Below, piece by piece: positions 1 to 9,417 of a stretch of DNA of 64,000 bases. The stretch's first letter is position 1; each line of letters starts with the position of its first letter. The notes below the pieces were generated by a model, which was not told the origin of the DNA, searched no databases, and saw only the letters and a list, made by a program, of their open reading frames with translations. The translations under genes and the position numbers were made by a program. The DNA lies in assembly GCA_030059675.1 (NCBI GenBank), contig JANVYQ010000004.1, positions 1 to 64,000 on the forward strand. The letters run 5' to 3'. The stretch is from Candidatus Pelearchaeum maunauluense. Lineage in GTDB: Archaea; Thermoproteota; Nitrososphaeria_A; Caldarchaeales; Caldarchaeaceae.

Positions 1-127
1 CCTCAAGCAGGGATACCTTCTCCTCAAGCCTGTTTAGAAACTCGTTGCGTAAGTCTTCAATCTCCTTCCTGACATCCGCTATCGTCTCGCTCTTCTTCCC
101 GCCGAGGATACCCATGAATTCTCGCAT
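1..127 (-). CDS. N-terminal fragment of a coiled-coil hypothetical protein (continues off the window)
   Basis: Reverse frame from ATG at 127 (or 115) reads MREFMGILGGKKSETIADVRKEIEDLRNEFLNRLEEKVSLLE with no stop; TATA-like CTTATAAAA at about 146-154. Confidence 0.55.
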   Translation of the reverse strand, partial: MREFMGILGGKKSETIADVRKEIEDLRNEFLNRLEEKVSLLE

Positions 128-268
128 TTAGCATGAGGGGCGGCCTTATAAAAACTGTGTCTCGGATTTCGTCGGAAAGCCTAATCCACGATACAAGAGC
201 TCCGCGTAGCTATTCTTTTAAATAAGAGACGCTGATAAGGGTTGCGCGGTGCCTAGGGTGGATGCACG

Positions 269-967
269 ATGATGGTCACCGTTGAGGAGGCTCTCGCGCG
301 TTTCTTCAAGATAGGCGCTATCCTCGCCCTGTTGGGGGCTCTCCACATGCTCACGCTCCTCCTCCCCTGGTATGTAGTCTCTCCCGACACGCTGGTCCAG
401 GTCTACATTAGCGGCTACAACGTCCTTGAAACTCTAGCCCTCTCAGTTGTAGGCGGAATCCTGGCAGGCATGGGCTTGCTAATATCCAGCTTCATGGGTA
501 GGGTGAGGACTGTGAGGCTTGTCCTAACCTCGCTGGCGATTGCCGGCGGAGCCTTGGCAGCGCTCTCGCCGACATACTTGCTGATGGTTAAGATACCCCG
601 CCTACAGGTGGCTGGCAATATTGAGTGGGGTCTCTTTGCCTCGCTCTTCACAGCCCTCGCGCTCCTCGCTGTAGGAATACTGGCAGCGCTCACACGTCTC
701 TCAGAACCAAGATACACATACAGCTTCACGGGCACAGTAGCAAGCACGATGCCCCAGCTAGAAGAGACAAGCGTAGGCGAGACAACATTTGAGCCAGCAG
801 AGAGCGTAGAAGAAGGGGCTATGTGCACAATCTGCTACCAAGACGTATCAGCTGACGACGCCGTAAAATGCGCTTCATGCGGCATGGTTTATCACGGGGG
901 ATGCATAGATGAGTGGGTTAGCCTTAACGGTAACTGCCCCAACTGTAAGAGTGTGGTGAAGTCCTAA
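269..967 (+). CDS. Membrane protein (about 4 TM helices) with C-terminal C4HC3 RING-type zinc finger
   Basis: Four hydrophobic segments, acidic/Thr-rich linker, then CTIC-x11-CASC-x4-HGGC-IDEW-x6-CPNC. Confidence 0.8.
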   Translation: MMVTVEEALARFFKIGAILALLGALHMLTLLLPWYVVSPDTLVQVYISGYNVLETLALSVVGGILAGMGLLISSFMGRVRTVRLVLTSLAIAGGALAALSPTYLLMVKIPRLQVAGNIEWGLFASLFTALALLAVGILAALTRLSEPRYTYSFTGTVASTMPQLEETSVGETTFEPAESVEEGAMCTICYQDVSADDAVKCASCGMVYHGGCIDEWVSLNGNCPNCKSVVKS

Positions 968-1009
968 AGAGGTAGCGGCGCTCTAGCCTGGGCAGAGACT
1001 CCTGGTGAT

Positions 1010-2467
1010 GTGGAGACTATGGGGATGGATGAAATCATAAGACTCGCGCTGGAGCGCGGCTTCTTCTTCCCATCAGCCGAAATCTACCCAAAGACACCAG
1101 CGGGGCTGTGGGACTACGGCCACCTGGGGGTTCTCCTGAAGCAGAAGTATATACAAGCATGGATTCGCGAGATTGTGCGCCGCGACGAGATGATTCTCGT
1201 GGACGGCTCGCAGATACTCCCACGCGATGTCTTCGTAGCTTCTGGACATTTGGAGAGCTTCGCAGACCCAGTGAGCAGCTGCCTCAAGTGCCGCTCCATA
1301 CATCGCGTTGATAGGCTGATAGAGGAGGTGGCTGGGGTCAAGGTTCCTGAGAGAACGCCGCCTGAGCAGATAACCGCGCTCATACGCGAGCATAATGTAC
1401 GCTGCCCTTCATGCGGCGGCGAGCTGGGCGAGGTAAGTCTCTTCAACATGATGTTCAGGCTGAGCGTCGGAGCATCTGGCGATGAAGCATACCTAAGACC
1501 AGAGACATGCCAGAATCTCTTCATAGACTTCCCCCGCATATACAAAATCTCGCGGCGTAAGCTTCCAGTAGGTTTTGCGCAGGTGGGTAAGAGCTTTAGG
1601 AACGAGATATCGCCGCGCCAATCCCTGACTAGGCTCCGCGAGTTCTACCAAGCCGAGGTGGAGGTCTTCTTCAACCCCGCAAAGGCTAATGAGCTGGAGA
1701 AGTTTGAGAGATTCAGGGACTATCCACTCCGCCTTTACTTTGACGAAGAGCTGCATATAACCACATGCGGCGAAGCTGTGGAGAGCAGAATAGTATCAAG
1801 CCGCCTAGCTGCATACTATCTGGCGCTCATACAGAGCTTTTACCTCAAGCTGGGAATACCTGAAGAGAAGCTCCGTATAAGAAGGCTGTTGGAAGATGAG
1901 AAGGCTTTCTACGCCGTTGAGGCATGGGACTTGGAGGTCTTGACGAGCATAGGCTGGATGGAGCTGGTGGCCTGCAACAATCGCGGGGACTACGACCTAA
2001 GCGGCCACGCGCGAGTAAGCCGCGCAGACATGCAGGTCTTTGAAGACGGTGAAAAATTCACACCCCACGTATTTGAGCTCTCCATGGGCGTTGACAGGAG
2101 CATACTCGCTCTCTTAGACCTGGGCTACAGGGTAGAGAACGGGAGGACAGTCCTAAAGCTCCACCCAGCACTGGCACCATACACGGCTGCCGTCTTCCCA
2201 CTTGTAGATAAGCCCGAGCTGGTCAGCAAAGCACGGGAGCTCTACGAGTCCCTCAGGCTGGATATGGATGTCTTCTACGACGAGAGCGGCTCAATAGGGA
2301 GGAGATACAGGCGCCAAGACGAGATAGGCACGCCGTTCTGCATAACAATAGACTACCAAACACTAGAAGACAACACCGCAACAATAAGAGATAGAGACAG
2401 TATGCAGCAGGTTAGGTTGCCGATGCATGAAATTCCGAGCTATCTCGGCGGTAAAACTAAACTCTAG
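1010..2467 (+). CDS. glyS: Glycyl-tRNA synthetase (archaeal/eukaryotic alpha2 type)
   Basis: YLRPETCQ, QVGKSFRNEISPRQ, ELSMGVDR and SIGRRYRRQDEIGTPFC motifs; start may be ATG 1019. Confidence 0.97.
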   Translation: METMGMDEIIRLALERGFFFPSAEIYPKTPAGLWDYGHLGVLLKQKYIQAWIREIVRRDEMILVDGSQILPRDVFVASGHLESFADPVSSCLKCRSIHRVDRLIEEVAGVKVPERTPPEQITALIREHNVRCPSCGGELGEVSLFNMMFRLSVGASGDEAYLRPETCQNLFIDFPRIYKISRRKLPVGFAQVGKSFRNEISPRQSLTRLREFYQAEVEVFFNPAKANELEKFERFRDYPLRLYFDEELHITTCGEAVESRIVSSRLAAYYLALIQSFYLKLGIPEEKLRIRRLLEDEKAFYAVEAWDLEVLTSIGWMELVACNNRGDYDLSGHARVSRADMQVFEDGEKFTPHVFELSMGVDRSILALLDLGYRVENGRTVLKLHPALAPYTAAVFPLVDKPELVSKARELYESLRLDMDVFYDESGSIGRRYRRQDEIGTPFCITIDYQTLEDNTATIRDRDSMQQVRLPMHEIPSYLGGKTKL

Positions 2468-2672
2468 CAGCCTGTTTTGATTTTCCATAGACAGTAAGCT
2501 GGCTCAAGGAGTTAGGCAACGCTATAGTAGGGTGCTGGAACATTTTATCACCCACCATAGTAGAGTAATGCTCCTCCAGCGATAAAATCCCCTAAGGTGG
2601 CCTTTAGATGGCGAGGTAGTCTTTAATTATAGCCAGGTGGTATTATTTAGAGGATATCTGAGTGGTGCGGCG

Positions 2673-3338
2673 ATGTTTCCAGCAAGAGAACGCGAGCAGG
2701 GCCTCCGTGTTAAGCTTCTCACGCTAGCCCAAGACCATATGAGGAGTGTTGTGGACGTAATTAGGAAGACGAGCCTAATGATGGAATACTTATGTAATGA
2801 TGAGCCTATCCAGAAGCTTGAAGAGACCTACGCTGATATTCTGAAGAGTGAGGAGAAAGCCCGCGATACGCGTAGGATTATTGAGGATGAGGTTACTAAT
2901 GTTGGTGCGTTGCTCACCAATCGTGAGGATTTTCTGAGGCTTATACATGGTATAGACAGGATAGGCGACACCGCCGAGGGCGTGGCGTTCAGGATTCTAA
3001 GCCTAGCGCGGGCTAAGCTGAAGATAAACAAGGATGTGGCTAAGAATATGTGCGTGCTGAGCGATAGCGTACTGCATACAGTTATGAAGCTGCGTGAGGC
3101 TCTCCTAGCGGTAACGCTCAACCACGACACATTCAGCAATAAACTTAAGGAGATTGAAGAGTCCGAGCGTGCTGTTGATGACCATTACAGGAATCTAGAC
3201 CTCGCAATCCTACAGAGCGAGATGCGCATCCCACAGCTCCTCCTCTCGCGCGAGATAGTATCTATGCTGGAGGACATCGCCGACAGGGCTGAAGAGACCG
3301 TTGAGACGTTGAGGGTTCTTTCGTTCGTCATACTATAA
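2673..3338 (+). CDS. DUF47/PhoU-like phosphate transport regulator family protein
   Basis: All-helical; REDFLRLIHGIDRIGD and LEDIADRAEE repeats typical of the family; ATG 2673 preferred over GTG 2637. Confidence 0.8.
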   Translation: MFPAREREQGLRVKLLTLAQDHMRSVVDVIRKTSLMMEYLCNDEPIQKLEETYADILKSEEKARDTRRIIEDEVTNVGALLTNREDFLRLIHGIDRIGDTAEGVAFRILSLARAKLKINKDVAKNMCVLSDSVLHTVMKLREALLAVTLNHDTFSNKLKEIEESERAVDDHYRNLDLAILQSEMRIPQLLLSREIVSMLEDIADRAEETVETLRVLSFVIL

Positions 3339-3377
3339 TTGAGGAGTAGTAATAATTAATCGTGGAGGGCGCTGGCC

Positions 3378-3926
3378 TTGGATAGGATTACGGCGGAGCT
3401 TATCCAAGACAGCTTAGTGGTTTGGGATATTGATGCTGGTAGGCGTCTCTTCAGAGAGGGGTTCTACGGTAAGCCGCTGGGGATTCCGAAGCCGCGCGAC
3501 GCTAATTTTGACGCGCCGCTCATACTAGACCTGATAGAGGCCACATACCTAGTTGAGCGCGGCTTGCTGCGGGTGGTCAAGGATGGTGCAGAACTTACGC
3601 TTGAGGAGCTGCTGGAGTATGGTGAGCGGAACTATGAGCGCTTTGCGGACAAGTATCTGGTTTACCGTGACCTCCGCAAGAGAGGGTTTATTATAACACC
3701 AGGGATAAAGTTCGGGAGCGACTTCGCCGCGTATAAGCATGGGCCGGGGATAGACCACGCGCCGTTCATCATACAGGTTAGAAGCGGCAACGACCCGCTC
3801 TCCGCGCTGGATATAGTGCGCTCAGGCAGGCTGGCGACATCTGTAAGGAAACATTTCACGATAGCCGTTCCAGACCACATCAACAAGAAGGTAACCTACC
3901 TAGTCTTTGAGTGGTGGAAAGCATAG
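3378..3926 (+). CDS. endA: tRNA-intron endonuclease, catalytic subunit
   Basis: YLVYRDLRKRG, GIKFGSDFAAY..GPGIDH and RLATSVRK carry the catalytic Y/H/K triad. Confidence 0.95.
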   Translation: MDRITAELIQDSLVVWDIDAGRRLFREGFYGKPLGIPKPRDANFDAPLILDLIEATYLVERGLLRVVKDGAELTLEELLEYGERNYERFADKYLVYRDLRKRGFIITPGIKFGSDFAAYKHGPGIDHAPFIIQVRSGNDPLSALDIVRSGRLATSVRKHFTIAVPDHINKKVTYLVFEWWKA

Positions 3927-4601
3927 CTACAAGCGCCTGTATAGGACGTGGATTAGTTTCCCACGCCTCTTCATATCAACCAGCTCCTGCCCCATATCCC
4001 GCGCCCACTTGAGCATATCCACCTCTGTGGCTGGGTCTTGGGTAACTACGTGAAGCGTCTCACCAGGCCTGACGAACTTGAAGAAATAATCCCCAACCTT
4101 CGTCAGTATCATCTCGCAGGTCTCGGCTAGGGCTGTTATCCTATGGTCTGGATAGCTCTTTAGGCAGACTATCCCCTCGCGGTCTATCTTCTCCTCATAC
4201 CGCCTTATCGCGTCTTCTCCAGTTAGTAGGCCTGCTAGCTTGGGGTCGCTGTGGGCTTTGAGCTCCACCACCCAGCCATCGCCGTATGGGTCTTCAGCAA
4301 CCTTACCAGGCTCGGCCACGACGCCCTCGTTTATTCTAGCTATCTCGCCCTGGAGAGGAGCCCACAATGAGCCTGTGAAGCGCTGGGATTCAAGCAACGC
4401 CAGCGGCTGTCCCTTCTTGACAGCAGTCCCGACGGGCCTGGGCTTGATATTGCTCAGCTTCCCAACCTTGAAGAGTAGCGGAACAGCCACGCCGACGCGG
4501 TAAGTAAAGCCGCCCAGCGGCCTGAGCCACACATCATTATCAACATCATAGAAAAGCTCACTGGGCAGTGGACAGTCCTCAAGCTTAGAACTTCCCCGCA
4601 T
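3927..4601 (-). CDS. Fusion of a GcvH-like lipoyl-carrier fold (lipoyl Lys replaced by Arg) and a C-terminal TusA/SirA-like domain
   Basis: N-terminal LYD..N.VW, ES-QR-F..L.AP..GEI..IN and EDPYGDGW (H-protein pattern); C-terminal ALAETCEMIL..PGETLHVVTQDPATEVDMLKWARDMGQELV (TusA pattern); ATG 4601 avoids overlap with the rhodanese. Confidence 0.8.
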   Translation of the reverse strand: MRGSSKLEDCPLPSELFYDVDNDVWLRPLGGFTYRVGVAVPLLFKVGKLSNIKPRPVGTAVKKGQPLALLESQRFTGSLWAPLQGEIARINEGVVAEPGKVAEDPYGDGWVVELKAHSDPKLAGLLTGEDAIRRYEEKIDREGIVCLKSYPDHRITALAETCEMILTKVGDYFFKFVRPGETLHVVTQDPATEVDMLKWARDMGQELVDMKRRGKLIHVLYRRL

Positions 4602-4669
4602 AGCCAGCCGCAGAAATAAATTGGAGAAAAGGAATGTTTTGTACGTATCCCCGCTAGTCAAAGAATTGT

Positions 4670-5524
4670 TTAGGCCTGTTCCTTCTCTATCGGGAAGCGT
4701 ACCAGGTTGCCCCACTCACTCCAGCTACCGTCGTAGACCTTAACGTTCTTGTATCCCAGTAGGTACTTCAGGACAAACCATGTATGGCTGGCGCGCTCAC
4801 CTATCCTACAGTAGGTTATTACTTCCTTGTCTGGCGTTACTCCACGCGGTTCGTAGAGTTGTTTTAGCTCCTCAACTGGTTTGAATGTCCCGTCATCCCT
4901 GACAGCCTGTCCCCAGGGTATGTTCACCGCCCCAGGTATATGGCCGCCGCGCTGTGCAGCCTCTTCTGGATACTCTGGCGGCGCGGTTATTTCACCCCTA
5001 TACTCCGCGGGGGAGCGTACATCAACCAGAGCCGCGTTGGGGTTGGCCACCTTAATCTTCAGCAGGTCTGTGAGGAATATCCTATTCTCCAGGTTTATGC
5101 GCGGCACTTTATAGCTCGTGGCTGGGTATGAGGGAGTCTCCTTACTCAGCTCGCCGCCTGAGTCAATCCACTTCTTCCTCCCGCCGTTTAGAAGCCTAAC
5201 ATCACGGTGGTCGTAGAGTTTAAAGACCCAGAAGGCGAAAGCGGCGAACCAGTTATTGTAGTCCCCATAGAGGATTACGGTAGTGTCGTTGGCAATCCCA
5301 AGACGCGACATCAACCTCTCAAATGCCTCAGGCCCTATGACGTCGCGCTGAACAGGGTCATTCATGTCCTTCCTCCAGTCTATCAAGACAGCGCCTGGTA
5401 TGTGGCCCTGCTCATATGCGAGGCGCGGGTCGTAATCTACTTCAACAATCCTCGTGTTTGGCGCGTTTAGGTTCTTCTGGAGCCAGTCAATATCTACTAA
5501 AGCTTCTGGATGTGCGTAGTTCAT
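4670..5524 (-). CDS. Tandem-domain rhodanese / thiosulfate sulfurtransferase (CysA/SseA type)
   Basis: GHIPGA twice, active-site YCRIGERAS, C-terminal YDGSWSEWGN. Confidence 0.95.
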   Translation of the reverse strand: MNYAHPEALVDIDWLQKNLNAPNTRIVEVDYDPRLAYEQGHIPGAVLIDWRKDMNDPVQRDVIGPEAFERLMSRLGIANDTTVILYGDYNNWFAAFAFWVFKLYDHRDVRLLNGGRKKWIDSGGELSKETPSYPATSYKVPRINLENRIFLTDLLKIKVANPNAALVDVRSPAEYRGEITAPPEYPEEAAQRGGHIPGAVNIPWGQAVRDDGTFKPVEELKQLYEPRGVTPDKEVITYCRIGERASHTWFVLKYLLGYKNVKVYDGSWSEWGNLVRFPIEKEQA

Positions 5525-5617
5525 GGTTGTTTTGACGGAATATAACAGCGTTATAAAGCGATTACCAAACTACATATTATAGAGTAATAATGTGAGGCTT
5601 TGTCCATAGATATATGG

Positions 5618-5941
5618 TCAGCGCAGAACACAACGCCTACCGTCAAACTCGCAGGAGCTATACCTAACCATAATCCAGCCCCTATCCTGGCTCTCGCCTC
5701 CGTCAACAGGCTGCTCCGCGATGAGGCCGTAGCTCGCTACGTTAATCACTAGCTCCTCCGCGAGGAACTCCTCCTCAAGGAAGAAGCGGTTACCCATGAA
5801 GTAGCCCAGCCCAACAAGCCACTTGGCTGGCTCATCACCGTAACGCTTCATATAGCTAATACGCGCGACAGGAGAGCGGTTCTCCAATACGTGCACCGCC
5901 TCGCGCGGAAGGCGGACGCTGCTCTAGTGGTAAATGGGCAT
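5618..5941 (-). pseudogene. Small hypothetical protein gene with in-frame TAG after codon 5 (or a 92-aa protein from GTG 5896)
   Basis: ATG 5941 reads MPIYH*SSVRLPREAVHVLEN..., in frame with the 5618-5896 ORF; TAG at 5924-5926. Confidence 0.5.
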
Positions 5942-6088
5942 GGCGCATGGCTGGGCAGGCGAATATTAAACATAAACCCCATCGCAGGTTCTCAACAATC
6001 TCCCCCTAATTATTGCATGCTGCTTGTAGGTAACGCTTATATGTAGGTTAGGGCTGCCCCGTCATGGTTGGTATGGTGTTGGTATGGT

Positions 6089-7492
6089 ATGGTCTCAGGT
6101 GATAGAATCTCTAGGAGGAAGGCTCTGAAGGCTATCAGCAACGTTGCTGCGGCTGGTGCGATAGTTGGGGCTGGTGTTGTAGGAGCGATTGGCGGTTTTA
6201 TGGCTGGCTCAACGACGGGAGGAGCGCAGCAAACAGTAACCGAGACACGCACACGCGAGGTTACGAAAACAGTTACGGCAACCAAGACGGTTACGGCAGG
6301 CGCCCCCACTGGTGGAAACCCGATAAAGATTGGATTTGAGGTTCACCGCACAGGTATAGGAGCTGTTTATGGCAAGTGGTATGAACGCACCACGGTAGCC
6401 GCGGTTAATCTCATCAACGAGATGGGCGGGATTGATGGCAGGCCCATAGAGCTGGTAATAGAGGACGATGGCACAGACCCGCAGCGTGGTGCGCAGGTGG
6501 TTGAGAAGTTCGCCCTTGAGCATAAGGTTGATTTTATACTGGGCGCCCTCTTCTCCAACGTAGTCCTTGCAGCAGCCCCCCGTGCAGGTGAGCTGAAGAT
6601 ACCATACTTCGCCGTGAGCGAGGGCTACCACGTGCCCTCAGGAAAGCTCAACAGATACAGCTTCCAGCCAGGGATAACCGACGTCAGGTCGCAGACGCAG
6701 GCTGTAGCTGGGTGGATTGTGGAGAACCTGGGAAAGAAGATAACCATGGTATTCCCAGACTACGCTTTCGGCTACGACCACCGCGACTGGTTTGGGAAGG
6801 CTGCCAGAGACCTGGGTGGTGAGATACTTGAGCTAATCCCGATACCCCCGACTGAGACGACATTCACCAAATACTTCCCTAAAGTCCCAGCGGATACTGA
6901 GGTCCTCTACCACGTCATGGTTGGGCCCGCGGTGCTCACGTTTGTTAAGGAGATGGGCGAGTTCTTCGGCTCTAAGAGGCCTGAGATATTTGGCTTTATA
7001 GACTCGCTGGAGGGCGTGGCGATAGACAGCCCTGGCCTGGAGTTCCTTGAGGGCACCTACTTCTGGGAGGCGTTTCCACGATACTTAGATGGATACGACA
7101 CGCCCTACCACAGGTTCTTCCGCGAGAAAGTGGGCGTTGATGAGAATGGTGCAGACGTGAACGACCCCAAGAGCGTCGCTACATACTCGCATATGTTCAG
7201 CTGTTGGGAGACGCTCTTCATCATAAAGGAGACTGTTGAGCAGAGCGGCTACACGCGGCGTAGCCCAGAGGATTATCGCGCCTTCATAGAGACGTTGGAG
7301 AACTTCAGGTGGTTTAACGAGGGTAACCAGCATCCGCAGGGTGCTAAGCTCTTCAACGGCAGGCTACACCAGGGCTTCGGGCAGCAGTTCATCTCGCGTG
7401 TGGAGAACGGAAGACTCAAGACGGTCTACCGCACAAAGATAGAGGACTCGGTATACGAGTCCGATGTTGATTATACCAAGCAACCGCTCTAG
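6089..7492 (+). CDS. ABC transporter substrate-binding protein (branched-chain/PBP1 family), Tat signal
   Basis: ISRRKALK twin-arginine motif, Thr/Val linker, PIKIG...INEMGGIDGRPIELVIEDD. Confidence 0.9.
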   Translation: MVSGDRISRRKALKAISNVAAAGAIVGAGVVGAIGGFMAGSTTGGAQQTVTETRTREVTKTVTATKTVTAGAPTGGNPIKIGFEVHRTGIGAVYGKWYERTTVAAVNLINEMGGIDGRPIELVIEDDGTDPQRGAQVVEKFALEHKVDFILGALFSNVVLAAAPRAGELKIPYFAVSEGYHVPSGKLNRYSFQPGITDVRSQTQAVAGWIVENLGKKITMVFPDYAFGYDHRDWFGKAARDLGGEILELIPIPPTETTFTKYFPKVPADTEVLYHVMVGPAVLTFVKEMGEFFGSKRPEIFGFIDSLEGVAIDSPGLEFLEGTYFWEAFPRYLDGYDTPYHRFFREKVGVDENGADVNDPKSVATYSHMFSCWETLFIIKETVEQSGYTRRSPEDYRAFIETLENFRWFNEGNQHPQGAKLFNGRLHQGFGQQFISRVENGRLKTVYRTKIEDSVYESDVDYTKQPL

Positions 7493-7585
7493 CAGCGTAT
7501 ATTTCTTTTATTTTTTGGAAGGAGGCTGTGGCTGGGCTTAGCGTTATATCACCGTCTCTAATCTCTCCAGAGCAGAGTTGATGGT

Positions 7586-8449
7586 ATGAGTCTGGAGGTT
7601 ACGCTGTTTCTGGGGTTGTTGGATGGCGTCGTCTTCGGGCTTATAATGGCGCTCATAGCCCTCGGCCTCTCAATAGCTTTTGGTGTTATGCGGATAGTGA
7701 ATGTGGCGCATGGTGAGTTCTATATGCTCGGAGCGGTTATAGCGTGGTACGCCACGACATACCTGGGAAACTTCATACTAGGTCTGATAATAGCGCCAGC
7801 CGCTGTAATAGGCCTAGCAGCAATAGTTGAGAGGACTGTCCTGAGGAAGATAAACTATAACCCAGAGAGCACGATAGTAGCTACCATCGGCCTGCTATAC
7901 ATAATACAGCAGCTCGTTCTCGCGATATATGGTCCATACGCCTATAATGTTGAGCCGCCCTTCTACCTCAGGGTTGATTTCCCCTGGTTTGGCTATTCTG
8001 GGTATAAGCTCTCCATAGCTTTTGTGTCGCCGCTCATAATGGGCTTGACCGCACTGTTCATCTTCAAGACGCGGCTGGGGCTGTATATGCGCGCTACGCA
8101 GCAGGATAGGGAGATAGCACAGGCCTTCGGCGTCCCCGTTGGCCGCGTCTACATGGCGTCATTCGCCCTAGGAGCGGCGCTGGCTGCGATAGCAGGCGTG
8201 CTGGTGGTCCCGTTCCTCCAGGCATACTACTTAATGGGGCTTGAGGCGCTCCTAATCTCGTTCATGATAGTAATCATAGGCGGCCTGGGGAGCTTGAAGG
8301 GTACGCTGGTTGCGGCGCTCATCATAGGCGTTATAGACGGCGTTGTCTCGGTCTTCTTCTCGCCCACGCTGGCGAAGATCGTCGGCTCCGTCCTCGTTGC
8401 GGCCGTGCTGCTGGTAAGGCCGACAGGCCTCTTCGGGGCTGAGCGCTGA
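7586..8449 (+). CDS. ABC permease, LivH-like
   Basis: GLSIAFGVMRIVNVAHGEFYMLG and IIGGLGS motifs. Confidence 0.92.
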   Translation: MSLEVTLFLGLLDGVVFGLIMALIALGLSIAFGVMRIVNVAHGEFYMLGAVIAWYATTYLGNFILGLIIAPAAVIGLAAIVERTVLRKINYNPESTIVATIGLLYIIQQLVLAIYGPYAYNVEPPFYLRVDFPWFGYSGYKLSIAFVSPLIMGLTALFIFKTRLGLYMRATQQDREIAQAFGVPVGRVYMASFALGAALAAIAGVLVVPFLQAYYLMGLEALLISFMIVIIGGLGSLKGTLVAALIIGVIDGVVSVFFSPTLAKIVGSVLVAAVLLVRPTGLFGAER

Positions 8450-9417
8450 TGTATGTTGCAAACAAGGGATTGGGGAAGGCTCTCGCGCTCCACATAGGAG
8501 TAATAGCTGGGTTCTTCATACTACAGTTCATAGTGCCACCATTCCATGCAGCGATGCTCACTAGGATAATGGTGTTGGCGACGTATGCGATAGGCTATAA
8601 CATCCTGCTGGGCTATACGGGCTTGATGAGCCTAGGCCATGCTATGTTCTTCGCAACAGGCTTGTATGCCGCTGGCCTCTCGGTAATCTACTACGGCCTA
8701 CCCCCGCTGGAGGCTCTCCCCCTCGCAATACTCCTGAGCGCCGTCATGTCTGCTACGATGGGAGCCATAACCCTCAGAACCAGCGGCGTCTTCTTCCTAA
8801 TAGTCACCATGATATTCTCACAGGTCTTCTTCCTAACAACACTATACTTCAACATGATTACGGGAGGTGAGGAGGGGCTGGTATTGACCCGTTATCTCAA
8901 GCCAATCTCGCTGGGTCTGTTCAGCGTGGAGCTTACCGATAGTGTTGTCAAGTATAACTTCGCCCTGATAATATTTTCTATCGCTTTTCTCTTCAGTCTT
9001 TGGCTGACGCGCTCACCTGTTGGGCGTGTCTTGATAGCGATTAGGGAGAACGATGAGCGCGCGGAGATGCTGGGCTACAACATCTACAAGTATAAGCTCC
9101 TAGCATTCACCATGTCGGGGACAATCTCTGGGATGGCAGGCGCAGCTTATGCGCTGGTCTTCGCATACATCGGCTCAGCGCTGGCCTCAATACTATACTC
9201 CATCAACCCCCTACTCTGGACACTGCTGGGAGGCGCTGGAACTACGATAGGCCCAATAATCGGGACAGGTCTGATGATATACATAATAGACTTCACCAGC
9301 GGCATAACGAGCAGCTACCTCATCGTAGTCGGGATAACGCTCATGTTGCTTGTCTTGGCTTTCCCGCCTGGGATTGTTGGAGCTATTAAGAGGAGGTGGA
9401 TTCGTTGGCTTCCGTAG
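8449..9417 (+). CDS. ABC permease, LivM-like
   Basis: GYTGLMSLGHAMFF, AIRENDERAEMLG and LLGGAGT motifs. Confidence 0.92.
   Translation: MYVANKGLGKALALHIGVIAGFFILQFIVPPFHAAMLTRIMVLATYAIGYNILLGYTGLMSLGHAMFFATGLYAAGLSVIYYGLPPLEALPLAILLSAVMSATMGAITLRTSGVFFLIVTMIFSQVFFLTTLYFNMITGGEEGLVLTRYLKPISLGLFSVELTDSVVKYNFALIIFSIAFLFSLWLTRSPVGRVLIAIRENDERAEMLGYNIYKYKLLAFTMSGTISGMAGAAYALVFAYIGSALASILYSINPLLWTLLGGAGTTIGPIIGTGLMIYIIDFTSGITSSYLIVVGITLMLLVLAFPPGIVGAIKRRWIRWLP

Noticed and set aside
2468-2640. Short inverted matches (ATTTTATC/GATAAAAT, GCTGGA/TCCAGC) after glyS
   Set aside because: Too short and not nestable; no convincing RNA structure or C/D boxes.
3927-4715. Ordinary glycine cleavage H protein with the 262-aa start
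   Set aside because: Lipoyl Lys is absent, there is an extra TusA-like domain and no gcv genes are nearby. The first 38 codons overlap the rhodanese end and the intergenic region.
6230-6300. Thr/Val-rich quasi-repeats (also about 28030-28120)
   Set aside because: Ordinary low-complexity linkers of archaeal membrane-anchored binding proteins.
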